Shown: positions 8,002 to 17,778, counted from the stretch's first letter. The stretch is DNA of 32,000 nt from Pyrobaculum aerophilum str. IM2 (GCF_000007225.1 NC_003364.1:1950001-1982000); one strand, 5' to 3'. Notes: generated by a model not told the origin, from the sequence alone. A program made the numbers and translations.

Positions 8002-8866
8002 GGAGCTTAAGAACATAGGGCGTAAAGTAGAGAATAGAGGTGAGGACCTCGGCCGCATCTGCCAGTTTCAACACCTCGCGCAGTTGGCCGCAAGTATACA
8101 GACCGCCGCTGTAGATAATAGGCACGTCTTTCCCGGCTAATCGCCGCACTCTCTCTAGGAGTTTAAAGCCGTATTTATATAAAAGTAAACCGCTTAACCC
8201 GCCGCGCCCAACGCTTAAGCGGGGGTCCTCTACTGGCAATGTATTAGTTACTACTAAACCCCACCCGACTTCTCTGACGCGTCTAACTACAGAGCGTATA
8301 TCCGCTGATGGTCCCACTTTTACAAATACGGGAAATTCCGTCTTTACCAGCGTCGGCGCATCTCGCCAAAACCCCCTGTAAGTCGGGCTCGATATGTTTA
8401 TCTCAACGGCGTCTGGTTTAAAATGTCGCTGTAAATATAAGAGTTGCACGGCGAAGTCCTCCGCGCTAAACCCGGCGATGCTAATAAACAGCGGATATCT
8501 AAGCCCGCGGAGCCTTGAGACTACTTTGGCAATGCCGGGGCTGTTAAGACCCATGGCGTTTACCATTGAATACGGCCGGAGTCTAGCCGCCCTAGGCGGC
8601 CTGTTCCCCCTTCGCGCGCGCGGCAGAGTGGATCCCACTACGATAAAGCCGGGGCAGAAAAAAGAGAGGAACCTCGAGTAAAGACCCGTCTTATCGAGGC
8701 CCGCCGCCACGCCGACGGGGCCGCAGACTTTTACGCCGCCAATTTCCCACGATCTTTCGCATTTACAACTGGGCAGCGGAATCGAGAAGAGTAGCGCCCC
8801 AAGTCTGTGGGCAATTTCAGGGTGTATATAGTGTATATACTTGCCTACAGAGGCTAACAGCGCCAT
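7973..8866 (-). CDS. pyrD: Dihydroorotate dehydrogenase
   Basis: The 297-aa protein carries [10 protein letters not shown] and [10 protein letters not shown], which correspond to the DHOD G-x-A-A-G-x-D-K and N-x-x-G-x-x-N-x-G motifs. It sits in a pyr cluster. Confidence 0.85.
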   Translation of the reverse strand: MALLASVGKYIHYIHPEIAHRLGALLFSIPLPSCKCERSWEIGGVKVCGPVGVAAGLDKTGLYSRFLSFFCPGFIVVGSTLPRARRGNRPPRAARLRPYSMVNAMGLNSPGIAKVVSRLRGLRYPLFISIAGFSAEDFAVQLLYLQRHFKPDAVEINISSPTYRGFWRDAPTLVKTEFPVFVKVGPSADIRSVVRRVREVGWGLVVTNTLPVEDPRLSVGRGGLSGLLLYKYGFKLLERVRRLAGKDVPIIYSGGLYTCGQLREVLKLADAAEVLTSILYFTPYVLKLLNRCPDIRL

Positions 8867-9435
8867 TGCGAGAGGTAGTCGAGGACACTGCGGTAGCGCT
8901 CTTCGCCTATGTGAGGCCTGAGCTCCTCCAGCAACTCCCTCATTTTATACACGCTGTATACATAAACGCCCGCCTCTCTCTTGACAGCCTCGGCGCCACA
9001 CTGTCCTCTATCTAGAAATACAACTACGCCGGCGACCTCGCCTCCGGAGGCCCTCACAGCTCTTATGGCGTTTAATACGCTTTTCCCAGTAGTTAACACA
9101 TCATCGACGACGGCCGCCCGCTTCCCCGCGACGTCAGCTCCCTCTATTTGACGCCCAGTGCCGTACCCCTTAGCCTCATCCCTAACATAGCCCATGGGCT
9201 TTTTCAGCCTGTAGCCCAATACTGAGGCGTAGGGTATGCCCCCGGTCGCCACGCCGATAATTACGTCGAACTCCAGCCCTGAGAGCACTGCCTCGTAGCG
9301 CTCAATAACCCACTGAAACAGCTCCGGCTCGCCCAAAACACTCCTCAAGTCGACATAAAAGGGGCTCTCCAAGCCGCTGGAGAGCTTAAACGCTCCGAAC
9401 TTCACGGCGCCGATATCCACCAGCCGCTTGATCAT
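8854..9435 (-). CDS. pyrE: Orotate phosphoribosyltransferase
   Basis: The 193-aa protein has the PRPP-binding motif [14 protein letters not shown]. It overlaps both pyrI and pyrD, which suggests translational coupling. Confidence 0.9.
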
Positions 9436-9887
9436 AACAAATCGCCGAGCTCGTGGTAGCGGCCGCAGTAGGCGCAGATAAACAGAGGAGGCTCTCTGCG
9501 CACTAGGTAAAAAGTGGGCTCCACGGGCTCCCGAGGCGCGTTAGTGACGCAAGTGGGGTTTTTACACTTAAACCTGCCGCGTATTACATCCGGCGGCGTC
9601 ACTTTAAACTTTTTCACCACTGCGAAATTGCGAATAATGTTTATAGTTGCTGTGGGGGCCACGGCGGAGATTATATTAACTTCTTCAGGAGTTAGCTCAC
9701 GGCCCTCGATTTTCACAATGTCCTTCTTCCCCAGTTTTTTAGACTCCACGTTCATAACCAGAGCCACGCGGAGCCCCTCCTTCCCGGAAATCCCTAGTAT
9801 ACGGAGTACTGTTAACGCCCTGCCTGCGGGGATATGGTCAATGACAGTGCCGTTCTCAATTTTACTTACCAATAGCTCTTCAGACAT
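9432..9887 (-). CDS. pyrI: Aspartate carbamoyltransferase regulatory subunit
   Basis: [28 protein letters not shown] is the typical PyrI N-domain. The C-terminal zinc site is CKNPTC...CAYCG. I prefer ATG 9887 (MSEELLV...) over the extended track start at 9923. Confidence 0.9.
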
Positions 9888-9974
9888 TGTGGATAAATTG
9901 GGAAGAGTTAAAAAACTAAGCAAGGCGATGGCTTACGAGATAAAGCTTAAAACCCCACTTTCATTATAATACAG

Positions 9975-10062
9975 GCGGGGGTGCCCGAGCCAGGTCAAAG
10001 GGGCAGGGCTTAAGACCCTGTGGCGTAGGCCTGCGTGGGTTCAAATCCCACCCCCCGCACCA
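9975..10062 (+). tRNA. tRNA-Leu (anticodon UAA), class II with a long variable arm; CCA is encoded
   Basis: I folded it by hand. The acceptor stem is GCGGGGG/CCCCCGC. The anticodon stem is CAGGG/CCCTG with loop CTTAAGA, giving anticodon TAA. The T arm is GTGGG-TTCAAAT-CCCAC. The discriminator is A, followed by CCA. Confidence 0.9.
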
Positions 10063-10165
10063 GTTTTCTGACAACAATGTCAAAACGGCCCATCCGCCAT
10101 ACGTGGGAAATTTTTAAACGCAGAAGCGCGTGGACTACGCATTTGCCCCGAAAGACGGAGACCAA

Positions 10166-10241
10166 TGCGGCGGCCGGGATTCGAACCCGGGATCAACGGC
10201 TTGGGAGGCCGCCATCCTAAACCAGGCTAGACTACCGCCGC
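10166..10241 (-). tRNA. tRNA-Gly (anticodon CCC); no encoded CCA
   Basis: The minus strand reads GCGGCGGTAGTCTAGCCTGGTTTAGGATGGCGGCCTCCCAAGCCGTTGATCCCGGGTTCGAATCCCGGCCGCCGCA. The acceptor stem is GCGGCGG/CCGCCGC. The anticodon stem is GCGGC/GCCGT with loop CTCCCAA, giving CCC. The T arm is CCGGG-TTCGAAT-CCCGG. The TATA attttataa lies about 25 nt upstream. Confidence 0.9.
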
Positions 10242-10385
10242 TGTGTAAAGATGAAAAAACTGGTTATAAAATTTACGGCCCACCCCCTCGGCCTCGCCAA
10301 CGGGTTCTGTTGGGAAGAGTAAGATGCAGAGCGTTCTCGCGGGTAAAAAATCCCGAGGTGTGAGCCGTGGGCCGTGAAAAATGGA

Positions 10386-11708
10386 CTATCCGTAGAAGTA
10401 CTGCTTTCCTTCTTCGGTGAATTCTATGGAGTCCTTGTCATAGTTATAATACCCCACGTCGATATATGTCGGCTTGCCGTCTTTAATTGCCACGCTCCAT
10501 AGTATAAAGCTGGGGTTTGCCCTGTCGCCATTTTCGTCGAGTAGCACAACGCCAGTGGCGCCTTTATACGTGCCCTGTTTGCCCCACTGCTCAAGCGTCG
10601 CGCGTACTTTATCTGGGTCGTCTGTGCCGATAGTGGCCATAATCTCGCCTAACATTTTAATGATATCGTACGACTGAGGAGCGGGGGTTATGGGCTCTGC
10701 GCCGCATTTAGCTTTAAACTTTTTGTAAAACTCCTGATACTCAGGGGTCGTTGGAATCGCCCAGTTGGCAGTGCCTATTATTTTCCCTTTTGCCATCACG
10801 TCTCCGCCCTCTTGTAATAATATCGGCGAATACGCCATGCCCTCTGTTCCTATTAGTCTGGCCTTAGATAACACGGGATCTTGCGCAATTGTCTTTAACA
10901 CAACGGCGCCGTCGTCTTCAAAAGACACGATTACTAATGCGAAGTCCGGGCCTACTAAGTCTTTTACTTCAGAGGAGATCTTCCTGACCGCCTCAGGCGC
11001 CGCTTGTGGGAAGGCCTTTGGGTCCGGGTCGTAAGCGGCTACAGACACGAGCTTAAATCCGCGCCTAGCGGCCTCTTTTTGAAGCTCGAGGTAAAGTCCT
11101 TCGCCGTATGTGTCCTTTCTGTAGATTAGGGCGACGTTTTTCACGCCGAGTTCTTTAAGAATGGCGCCAATGGCCCTTATCTGTTTTGCGTCGGTTCCGA
11201 CTATTCTATACAGCCAGTCGTTTGGTATTGCGAGCAGCGAAGATGTAGACCATGCGCTGAATAGAATTATCTTATTTTGATCCGCAAAGGGCTTCTCGCC
11301 TGAGGCCTCTCTGCTAGTGAGGCCTGCGTGGACTGCCCTGACGCCCTTTGCGTACAGCGCTTGTAGTTTTTGGAGCGCAATATTAGGGTCTAGTTGCGTG
11401 TCTTCGACGTAGAGCTCAAACTTATAGCCCTTACTCCCATATTTGGCGTTTAAGTCGTCAATAGCCAGCTCTGCGGCGCACTGGGCGAGCTTTGCATAGC
11501 TACTGAAGCCGCCTGTGAGGGGCAAGAGCGCGCCTAGTTTAAACACTTTCTGTGCAGTAGTCGTGGTGGGAGTTGTGGGAGGCGCAGTGGGCTGTACAGT
11601 GGGGGAAGTCTGCGGCTTTTGTCCGCTTGCTAAAAGAATTCCAATTATTGCGAGAATTATCACTACGACCACCCCTACAATTATATACAAGTTTTTTTTA
11701 GATGTCAT
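10386..11708 (-). CDS. ABC transporter substrate-binding protein, branched-chain amino-acid (LivJ/LivK, type I PBP) family, membrane-anchored
   Basis: An N-terminal anchor (KKNLYIIVGVVVVIILAIIGILLASG) is followed by a Thr/Pro-rich linker (QPTAPPTTPTTTTAQ) and then a Leu/Ile/Val-binding-protein-like domain (KLGALLPLTGGFSSYAKL). The track start is ATG 11738. ATG 11708 fits better with the minus-strand TATA-like gttaaatac, about 24 nt upstream. Confidence 0.85.
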   Translation of the reverse strand: MTSKKNLYIIVGVVVVIILAIIGILLASGQKPQTSPTVQPTAPPTTPTTTTAQKVFKLGALLPLTGGFSSYAKLAQCAAELAIDDLNAKYGSKGYKFELYVEDTQLDPNIALQKLQALYAKGVRAVHAGLTSREASGEKPFADQNKIILFSAWSTSSLLAIPNDWLYRIVGTDAKQIRAIGAILKELGVKNVALIYRKDTYGEGLYLELQKEAARRGFKLVSVAAYDPDPKAFPQAAPEAVRKISSEVKDLVGPDFALVIVSFEDDGAVVLKTIAQDPVLSKARLIGTEGMAYSPILLQEGGDVMAKGKIIGTANWAIPTTPEYQEFYKKFKAKCGAEPITPAPQSYDIIKMLGEIMATIGTDDPDKVRATLEQWGKQGTYKGATGVVLLDENGDRANPSFILWSVAIKDGKPTYIDVGYYNYDKDSIEFTEEGKQYFYG

Positions 11709-11777
11709 ATTGGAAGAATTATGCGTGGTATTTAACATTTCTCTTTAAGGCTTATTAACTGAGAGTTTTAGAGAGGT

Positions 11778-12506
11778 ATGGCTGAGGTTTTAAGAGTTGA
11801 GAAGCTGGAGGCTGGGTATGGGAAATTTCACGTGCTCTTCGGAATAGACTTAGTGGTTAAATCGGGCGAAATAGTTGTACTGCTCGGCCCCAACGGCGCT
11901 GGGAAGTCGACATTATTAAATAGCATTGCCGGCATGGCCGATGTATACTCCGGCCGTGTTGTCCTGCTGGGGAGGGATATAACGGGAAGGCCTCCGCACG
12001 AGGTTATGAAAATGGGCGTGGCCTACGTAATGCAATCTCCTAACAATTTCGGCACGGCTAACATATTCGGCGAACTTACAGTATATGAAAACCTCATAGC
12101 CGCTTCAGCCGGCATCCCGGGGAAGGAGGTGGAGGGGAGGATAGAAGAGGTCTTTAATATTTTCCCCAAGTTAAAAGAGTTGAGAAATCGGAAGGCAAAA
12201 TTCCTATCTGGCGGAGAGAGGCAGATGTTGGCCATAGGTCTAGGGCTAATGAAAAAGCCGAAGTTGTTAATGTTAGACGAGCCCACCTCAGGGCTGGCTC
12301 CCAAACTAGTCAGCGACTTTTTTTCAGCCATTAGAGACATTAGAGATAAATTAGGCATTTCTATTCTTTTAGTAGAGCAAAACGCCAGAAAAGCGCTGGA
12401 GATAGGCGACAGGGCCTACGTCCTTGTTACTGGCAGGGTGAAGTTCAGCGGCAATGCTAAGTTGTTAGACGAGGGCAAATTGGCAGAGTTGTTCCTAGGC
12501 CGTTGA
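11778..12506 (+). CDS. livF: ABC transporter ATP-binding protein, LivF-like (branched-chain amino-acid transport)
   Basis: Walker A is GPNGAGKST, the ABC signature is LSGGERQMLAIG, and Walker B is LLMLDEPTSGLAP. The 242-aa length is typical of LivF. It is divergent from the binding-protein gene. Confidence 0.85.
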   Translation: MAEVLRVEKLEAGYGKFHVLFGIDLVVKSGEIVVLLGPNGAGKSTLLNSIAGMADVYSGRVVLLGRDITGRPPHEVMKMGVAYVMQSPNNFGTANIFGELTVYENLIAASAGIPGKEVEGRIEEVFNIFPKLKELRNRKAKFLSGGERQMLAIGLGLMKKPKLLMLDEPTSGLAPKLVSDFFSAIRDIRDKLGISILLVEQNARKALEIGDRAYVLVTGRVKFSGNAKLLDEGKLAELFLGR

Positions 12507-12507
12507 T

Positions 12508-12702
12508 ATGGAGTTGCCGCCCGGCGCTAAGTACAAGGTGTACAAAACTAAAAAGTATACAATATATTACCTTCTGGACAACGTGGAATTAAAAAGCGAG
12601 CCTGAGAGGAGAATTGTCAGCGGCGGCCACGAGTTCCTTTATTTTGGCAACACTATTGTGATTAGGCCTATAGAGTCCTCTCAAGCTCGAGAAGCTCCTT
12701 AA
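12508..12702 (+). CDS. Hypothetical small protein (64 aa); uncertain
   Basis: This track ORF starts with ATG 2 nt after the livF stop, an operon-like position. I recognise no motif. Its last 35 nt overlap the 3' end of rpoK on the other strand. Confidence 0.3.
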   Translation: MELPPGAKYKVYKTKKYTIYYLLDNVELKSEPERRIVSGGHEFLYFGNTIVIRPIESSQAREAP

Positions 12703-12997
12703 GCCTAATCCGCATAGTTTTGCCATCCGGCATTTCTCTCACAATTATGAAGTCGAGGAGGCCGCGCCGCAATTCCTCCATGGCTATTAACACGGGATCG
12801 ACGCTGCCCACTTCTTGTATGTCCACTAATGGCTGGGCCCCCATTGCGAGTTGTAAAGCCCTTGCGCCAATTATCCTGGCGGTCTCGTATTTAGTAAGGC
12901 GCGGGGGGTAGAACTCCCTTTTATTAATAGCTTTGTCAACGACGTCAATTAGTTTATTTATGCGCTCAATTAACTCTGAAGTAGTCATCGCCTCCAC
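12668..12997 (-). CDS. rpoK: DNA-directed RNA polymerase subunit K (Rpb6/omega homologue)
   Basis: LTKYETARIIGARALQLAMGAQPLV is the conserved RpoK/Rpb6 core. Confidence 0.85.
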   Translation of the reverse strand: MEAMTTSELIERINKLIDVVDKAINKREFYPPRLTKYETARIIGARALQLAMGAQPLVDIQEVGSVDPVLIAMEELRRGLLDFIIVREMPDGKTMRIRLKELLELERTL

Positions 12998-13065
12998 GAC
13001 AAGGGGGCAGTAGAGTAGATTTATAACTTTTTCAGCCTTGTAAAAGTGGGTAAAAAGAGTGGGTT

Positions 13066-14727
13066 TTAGTCGAATTTAGTCTCTTCTTTCTTCTCCTCTC
13101 CCTCCTCTCCCTCTTTCTTCTTGCCCTTCTCTTCGCGCTTGGGAGCCCCTGCGGCAATTATGTCATCAATACGGAGTATCATTATCGCGGCCTCTACGGC
13201 GGATTTAATGACTTGCTTCTTTACTAACAGCGGATCCCACACATTAAGCGCAGCCATGTCGGCTATCTTTCCGCCGTGGACGTCGACTCCGGCGGTGATT
13301 TCGCCGTTGTCGTGCCTCCTTCTCAGCTCGGCTATGGCGTCTACTGGATCCAGGCCGGCTGTTAACGCCAAGATAGTGGGTATGTGCTCTAGGGCATCTG
13401 CGAATTTAAGAGCGGCCAGTTGCTCCTTGCCTGGCAACTTCCTGGCGAATTCCCTTACCCTTCTAGCCACTTCTACCTCAAAGGCGCCGCCGCCAGGCAC
13501 AATCTTCGGCTCTCTGAACAAGTCGCGCGATACGTGCAAGGCGTCTTGTAGCGACCTCTCGACTTCATCTAATATCCTATCGCTACCGCCTCTCACTAAA
13601 ATAGTCACCGCCCTGGGATTCGGTATCTCTTCAACAAATACCATTTTCTCCTCTCCAACCTTTCTCTCCTCTACTAACCCGGCGGTGCCTAGGTCTTCGG
13701 GCTTGGCGTCTTTAATTGAAGTGATTATCTTGGCGCCGGTGGCTCTCGCCAATTTCTCAATATCACTACGCTTCACTCTCCTCACCGCTAGTATGCCCTT
13801 CTTGGCTAAGAAGTGTTGTGCCACCTCGTCAATGCCTTTTTGCGTAATCACTACGTTCGCGCCAATTGATGCCAAGTGATCAACATATGATTTTAATATC
13901 TCGGCCTCTTGGTCGAGAAATGCCTTTATTTGCTCCGGGCTTGTCACCGAGATTTTTGTTGTCCACTCAGGCTTTTCAATTTCTAATGGGGCGTCAAGTA
14001 CTGCAATTTTGGCGTTAGTAACGCGCTTGGGCATCCCTGGATGGACGACCTCTTTGTCGAGGACAATACCTCTCACGAGCTGAGTCTCGTAAATTGACTT
14101 GCCCTTCTTCTTCTCAATTTTTATCCAGTCGAGGTCTAAATAGGGCTTGCCGTCTCTCATCTCGACGGCTTGCAACGCCGCCTCTACCACAAGTCCGGCG
14201 AGGTAATCCCTAGTCTCCGCCACTACTTTTGAAGAGAGCGCGCTTGACACAACTCTGAGCAATTGCTCTTTAGTTAACTCTATAGGCTTGGCTATCTCCT
14301 CTGCGACTTTTAAGGCGTAGTCCGCCGCCTTTTTATAGCCGTCAATAACAATAGTGGGGTGTATTCCCTCCTCTAGTAGCTCCTCTCCAAGCTCTAATAA
14401 TTTGCCGGCGAGCACTACTACAGTCGTGGTGCCGTCTCCCACTTCGGCGTCTTGCGCCTTGGCGACTTCTATCAGAAGTTTAGCCGCCGGGTGTTGGACT
14501 TCCATTTCTTTTAATATCGTGGCGCCGTCTCCAGTTATAGTGACGTCGCCAAAGGCGTCAATAAGCATTTTGTCCATTCCCCTCGGCCCGAGCGATGTGG
14601 ATAGAATTTCGGCGATTACCTTAGCAGCTTGAATGTTAGAACGACGGGCGTCTACTCCAGTGGTCCTCTGGCTTCCCTCTTTTAATATCATTACGGGAAC
14701 TCCCGTCCTCGGGGCTTGCTGAGACAT
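13066..14727 (-). CDS. ths: Thermosome subunit (group II chaperonin)
   Basis: The 553-aa protein has [34 protein letters not shown] and VPGGGAFE motifs and a charged, Gly/Glu/Lys-rich C-terminal tail. The minus-strand TATA tttttatatac lies about 24 nt upstream of ATG 14727. Confidence 0.95.
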   Translation of the reverse strand: MSQQAPRTGVPVMILKEGSQRTTGVDARRSNIQAAKVIAEILSTSLGPRGMDKMLIDAFGDVTITGDGATILKEMEVQHPAAKLLIEVAKAQDAEVGDGTTTVVVLAGKLLELGEELLEEGIHPTIVIDGYKKAADYALKVAEEIAKPIELTKEQLLRVVSSALSSKVVAETRDYLAGLVVEAALQAVEMRDGKPYLDLDWIKIEKKKGKSIYETQLVRGIVLDKEVVHPGMPKRVTNAKIAVLDAPLEIEKPEWTTKISVTSPEQIKAFLDQEAEILKSYVDHLASIGANVVITQKGIDEVAQHFLAKKGILAVRRVKRSDIEKLARATGAKIITSIKDAKPEDLGTAGLVEERKVGEEKMVFVEEIPNPRAVTILVRGGSDRILDEVERSLQDALHVSRDLFREPKIVPGGGAFEVEVARRVREFARKLPGKEQLAALKFADALEHIPTILALTAGLDPVDAIAELRRRHDNGEITAGVDVHGGKIADMAALNVWDPLLVKKQVIKSAVEAAIMILRIDDIIAAGAPKREEKGKKKEGEEGEEKKEETKFD

Positions 14728-14772
14728 GGCTTGACATAAATTGCGTATATAAAAATTTTTCGCTCCCGTTAT

Positions 14773-15681
14773 CTACTGGCTCTGTGAAAACGCCTTAGAC
14801 AGGGCCAGAATGGTATTCCACTTGGCCTCAATTTCCTCCTCCAACAGTCGAATCTCCTCTTCTGATAAGTGTGCGAATCTCCCCTGAAGTTTTAAATAAT
14901 CCCTCAGCGGCTTCCTCTTTGTCTTATCGGCGTAAATCGTACTGGGGGGATTTAACTTAAAGCGCCCGTTGTCATACTCCCACAGAATCCAAGCCCCCGT
15001 CTCCACTGCCAGTTTCGCCACTTCCACAGTTTTGGCTGGGTTCAACCTCCATCCCAGGGGACACGGCGTGTGTAAGTGGATGAACTTAAAGCCATCAATT
15101 TCAGCGGCTCTTTTCAGCTTTCTGTAAAAGTCTTGGGGATATGCGATGCTGGCCGTGGCCACATAAGGCGCGCCGTGCATGGCCATTAAAAGCGCAACGT
15201 CCTTCTTCCTCTCCCGCTTTCCTGTAGGCGTTGTCGTCGTCCACGCCGCACGTGGAGTGGAGCTACTGCGTTGGATGCCCGTGTTCATATAGGCCTCGTT
15301 GTCGTACATGATGTAAATAATATTGCTGTTTCTCTCCGCCGCGCCGCTGAGCGTCGCCATTCCAATGTCTGCAGTCCCGCCGTCGCCGGCCCAAACAACG
15401 GCGTGGCCTTTAATTCCAAGCGATTTAAAAGCCTCCGCAATTCCCGTGGCAACCGCCGCTGCCGAGGCGAAGGGCACATTTAAAATAGGCATAGCCACTC
15501 CAGACTTAGGGGCTAGGCCTTGTACTACCGAGGCGCAACTCGCGGGGATTGTAAGCGTGGCCTCTTCCCCAAGCGCCATGCCCAGTATCTTTAACCCGAT
15601 CATCATACCGCATCCTGCACAAGCAGCGTTTCCAGGAAGCACGTACTTCTTTTTCGGGAGTTGATCAATGCGAAAGCTCAT
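14773..15681 (-). CDS. porB: 2-oxoacid (pyruvate/2-ketoisovalerate):ferredoxin oxidoreductase, beta (TPP-binding) subunit
   Basis: A Cys motif (CAGCG) lies near the N-terminus. The TPP-binding GDGGTADIG...N motif is present. The gene overlaps the alpha-subunit gene by 4 nt. Confidence 0.9.
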   Translation of the reverse strand: MSFRIDQLPKKKYVLPGNAACAGCGMMIGLKILGMALGEEATLTIPASCASVVQGLAPKSGVAMPILNVPFASAAAVATGIAEAFKSLGIKGHAVVWAGDGGTADIGMATLSGAAERNSNIIYIMYDNEAYMNTGIQRSSSTPRAAWTTTTPTGKRERKKDVALLMAMHGAPYVATASIAYPQDFYRKLKRAAEIDGFKFIHLHTPCPLGWRLNPAKTVEVAKLAVETGAWILWEYDNGRFKLNPPSTIYADKTKRKPLRDYLKLQGRFAHLSEEEIRLLEEEIEAKWNTILALSKAFSQSQ

Positions 15682-16832
15682 ATCGCGAATTCTATTCCTT
15701 TATAACTGCCCTCAATGGCCTTCTGAATAGTCTCATAGAAATTTTGAACGTCGAAGTCCACGCCTGCTATCCCTGCCACGATGTTTATTACGGAGGCTTT
15801 TGACAAGGCGGCCTTGATTTCAATTCCAAGCACTCCCCCAAGCGGCGTTATGTCTCTGTCGTATACAATTACTTTTTCGTATTGGTCCAGTTGGGATACT
15901 TCCTCCAGCGGGAATGGCCTCAGAAATCTCACTCTCATTAAGCCCACTGGTATGCTGCGTTTTCTAAGGGCGTCGACTGCTTGTTTTGCGTCGCTACACC
16001 AAGCGCCCATGCACACTACAATATTCTTGGCGTCGCTGGCTTTGTACCACTCAACTAGCCCGCCGTAATTTCTGCCTATTATTTTGCCATATTCCCAATC
16101 TACTTGATCTATCACCTTTTTTGCCTCTCTCTGTGCCTCATAGACTGTCGCTATTTTATGTCTTGCATGTATTCTGTTATCAGAGGGCAGGTTGCCGAAA
16201 ACCACGGGCTCGCCGGGACGGAGCAACAACGGGACGTCCGGCCTACGGGGAGGCAAGAATTTATCCACCGCCTCCTGGGGAGGTATTTCCACGGGCTCGG
16301 TGGAGTGGCTTAACACAAAGCCGTCAAGTCCAACAGCCATTGGGAGGACGGCGGTTTCCGCTATTTTAAACGCTTGAAGTGTTAGGTCAAATACCTCTTG
16401 TACGTTCTCCGCCATTGCGATAATCCACCCGGAATCTCTTAAGACTAGAATGTCGTTGTGTTCCACATGTATATTCCACGGAGGGCCTATGGTGCGAGTC
16501 ACCACGGCCATTACCACGGGCGCCCTGCTGAGAGCGGCCCACCAAGTCGCCTCATACATATATAACAGCCCGTGAGAAGATGTGGCTGTAAAAGCCCTAG
16601 CGCCGGCCATCGCGGCGCCGTATACTACTGACATCCCCGCGAATTCCGACTCCACGTTAACAAACCTCGCGTTTAATTCCCCTTTTTCGACGAATTCTGA
16701 AAGTTTTTCCACTATTGAAGTCTGGGGGGTAATTGGGTATGCCGCTATTACATGCGGCTTAGCCATTTTCACAGCGTAGGCCACTGCATAATTGCCCGTC
16801 AATGCGGTTTTTTGAACTGCCAAGGTCTTCAT
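15678..16832 (-). CDS. porA: 2-oxoacid:ferredoxin oxidoreductase, alpha subunit
   Basis: The 384-aa protein has the N-terminal GNYAVAYAVKMAKPHVIAAYPITPQT motif typical of POR/VOR alpha subunits. It lies between the delta and beta subunit genes. Confidence 0.9.
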   Translation of the reverse strand: MKTLAVQKTALTGNYAVAYAVKMAKPHVIAAYPITPQTSIVEKLSEFVEKGELNARFVNVESEFAGMSVVYGAAMAGARAFTATSSHGLLYMYEATWWAALSRAPVVMAVVTRTIGPPWNIHVEHNDILVLRDSGWIIAMAENVQEVFDLTLQAFKIAETAVLPMAVGLDGFVLSHSTEPVEIPPQEAVDKFLPPRRPDVPLLLRPGEPVVFGNLPSDNRIHARHKIATVYEAQREAKKVIDQVDWEYGKIIGRNYGGLVEWYKASDAKNIVVCMGAWCSDAKQAVDALRKRSIPVGLMRVRFLRPFPLEEVSQLDQYEKVIVYDRDITPLGGVLGIEIKAALSKASVINIVAGIAGVDFDVQNFYETIQKAIEGSYKGIEFAI

Positions 16833-17080
16833 ACCCCCGCCTCCGGCACCATGTCAATTGCCTTTACTGGGCACACATCTGCGCATATGCCACACCCTTT
16901 ACAAAAGTCATAGTCTATTCTCACCTTTGTCCCTTTTTCCCAGTCTATTACCGACTCCGGGCAGTAGAGCCAACATAAGCCGCAATCAATACATTTACTG
17001 AGATTGACTACTGGTTTGTAAGTGCGCCACGTGCCCGTAATGCCGGCAGAGGCCGGGGCGGGTTTTGAGAGGGGCAACAC
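16829..17080 (-). CDS. porD: 2-oxoacid:ferredoxin oxidoreductase, delta subunit (2x[4Fe-4S] ferredoxin-like)
   Basis: There are two CxxCxxCxxxCP clusters, CIDCGLCWLYCP and CKGCGICADVCP. The GTG start at 17080 is about 25 nt from the minus-strand TATA gatatataaatgg. Confidence 0.9.
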   Translation of the reverse strand: MLPLSKPAPASAGITGTWRTYKPVVNLSKCIDCGLCWLYCPESVIDWEKGTKVRIDYDFCKGCGICADVCPVKAIDMVPEAGV

Positions 17081-17241
17081 GTAAAGTTATGGAATTTCCA
17101 TTTATATATCTTATAGTGGTTTATAGAACTGTTGAAAGTAGAGATGTATCGTATAAAATACGAAAGATAAAAATATGCTCACTGGGGGTGTTCTTCTAAA
17201 CTTATAGAAAAGATTAATAAATATATGTGTCTAAACTTCTT

Positions 17242-17778
17242 GTGTATGAGGTAATTTTTCTAGGGCGTGGAGGCCAAGGGGCAGTTACGGCGGCGCAATT
17301 ATTGGCATACGCGGCGGCTCTAGAGGGCAAGAAAGCCCAGGCACTGCCTGAGTTTGGCGCCGAGAGGAGAGGCGCTATTGTGAGGGCCTATTTAAGAATC
17401 GGCGAAGCGCTCCTCCACTCCTCAATAAAAAGGGCGGACTATGTAGTGGTGTTAGACGGCCGAATTATTGAACAGATAGACGTAAGACAATACGGCAAAC
17501 CCGGAGCTGTGTATATAGTGAATACAAAAACTCAGGCAGACTGGTATGTCCCGATAGACGCTACGTCAATTGCGCTGAAGTACGGCCTAGTTGTTGCCGG
17601 ATGGACTGTGGTTAATCTCATTATGGCGGCGGCTTTTGCGGCAGTCAGCGGCTTGATATCTCTAGAGAGTATAATCAAGGCTGTTCCCGAATACGTACCG
17701 AGAAAGTACGTGGACGCCAATGTAAAGGCCGTAATAGAGGGGTATGAAATTGCCAAAAGGCTTGTGAAAGTCGGTTAA
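17242..17778 (+). CDS. porG: 2-oxoacid:ferredoxin oxidoreductase, gamma subunit; divergently transcribed from porDAB
   Basis: FLGRGGQGAVTAAQLLAYAA is the gamma-subunit G-R-G-G-Q-G motif. The track start GTG 17227 lies inside the TATA-like ttaataaatatat (17214-17226). The in-frame GTG 17242 fits the leaderless spacing. Confidence 0.85.
   Translation: MYEVIFLGRGGQGAVTAAQLLAYAAALEGKKAQALPEFGAERRGAIVRAYLRIGEALLHSSIKRADYVVVLDGRIIEQIDVRQYGKPGAVYIVNTKTQADWYVPIDATSIALKYGLVVAGWTVVNLIMAAAFAAVSGLISLESIIKAVPEYVPRKYVDANVKAVIEGYEIAKRLVKVG

Noticed and set aside
10035-10363. Two track ORFs (61 and 77 aa) across the tRNA-Leu/tRNA-Gly region.
   Set aside because: They overlap two well-folding tRNA genes and their promoter and terminator sequences, so they are almost certainly spurious.
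10277-10374. A 7-bp closing stem GGCCCAC...GTGGGCC enclosing about 83 nt with internal hairpins, which made me suspect an intron-containing tRNA.
   Set aside because: No D-arm or T-arm (GTTCRAATC) can be placed on either strand. The region is better explained as the 3' UTR and oligo-T terminator (attttttac) of the binding-protein gene plus the tRNA-Gly promoter.
13121-13879. A 252-aa plus-strand ORF, together with many other 60-150-aa ORFs antisense to well-supported genes (for example 3273-3494, 6912-7217, 8394-8681, 9514-9969, 15323-15664, 18133-18582, 23382-23789, 25386-25730).
   Set aside because: They lie entirely inside, and antisense to, genes with strong motif support. Their translations are low-complexity Ser/Ala/Pro/Leu-rich shadow frames, and they have no promoter spacing of their own.
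15588-15594. Other RTGATGA (C-box-like) heptamers: minus strand at about 15588-15594, 28146-28152 and 29914-29920; plus strand at 27987-27993.
   Set aside because: All lie inside coding sequences. None has a CTGA at the 38-39-nt spacing expected for a C/D-box sRNA, and none has D'/C'-like elements.
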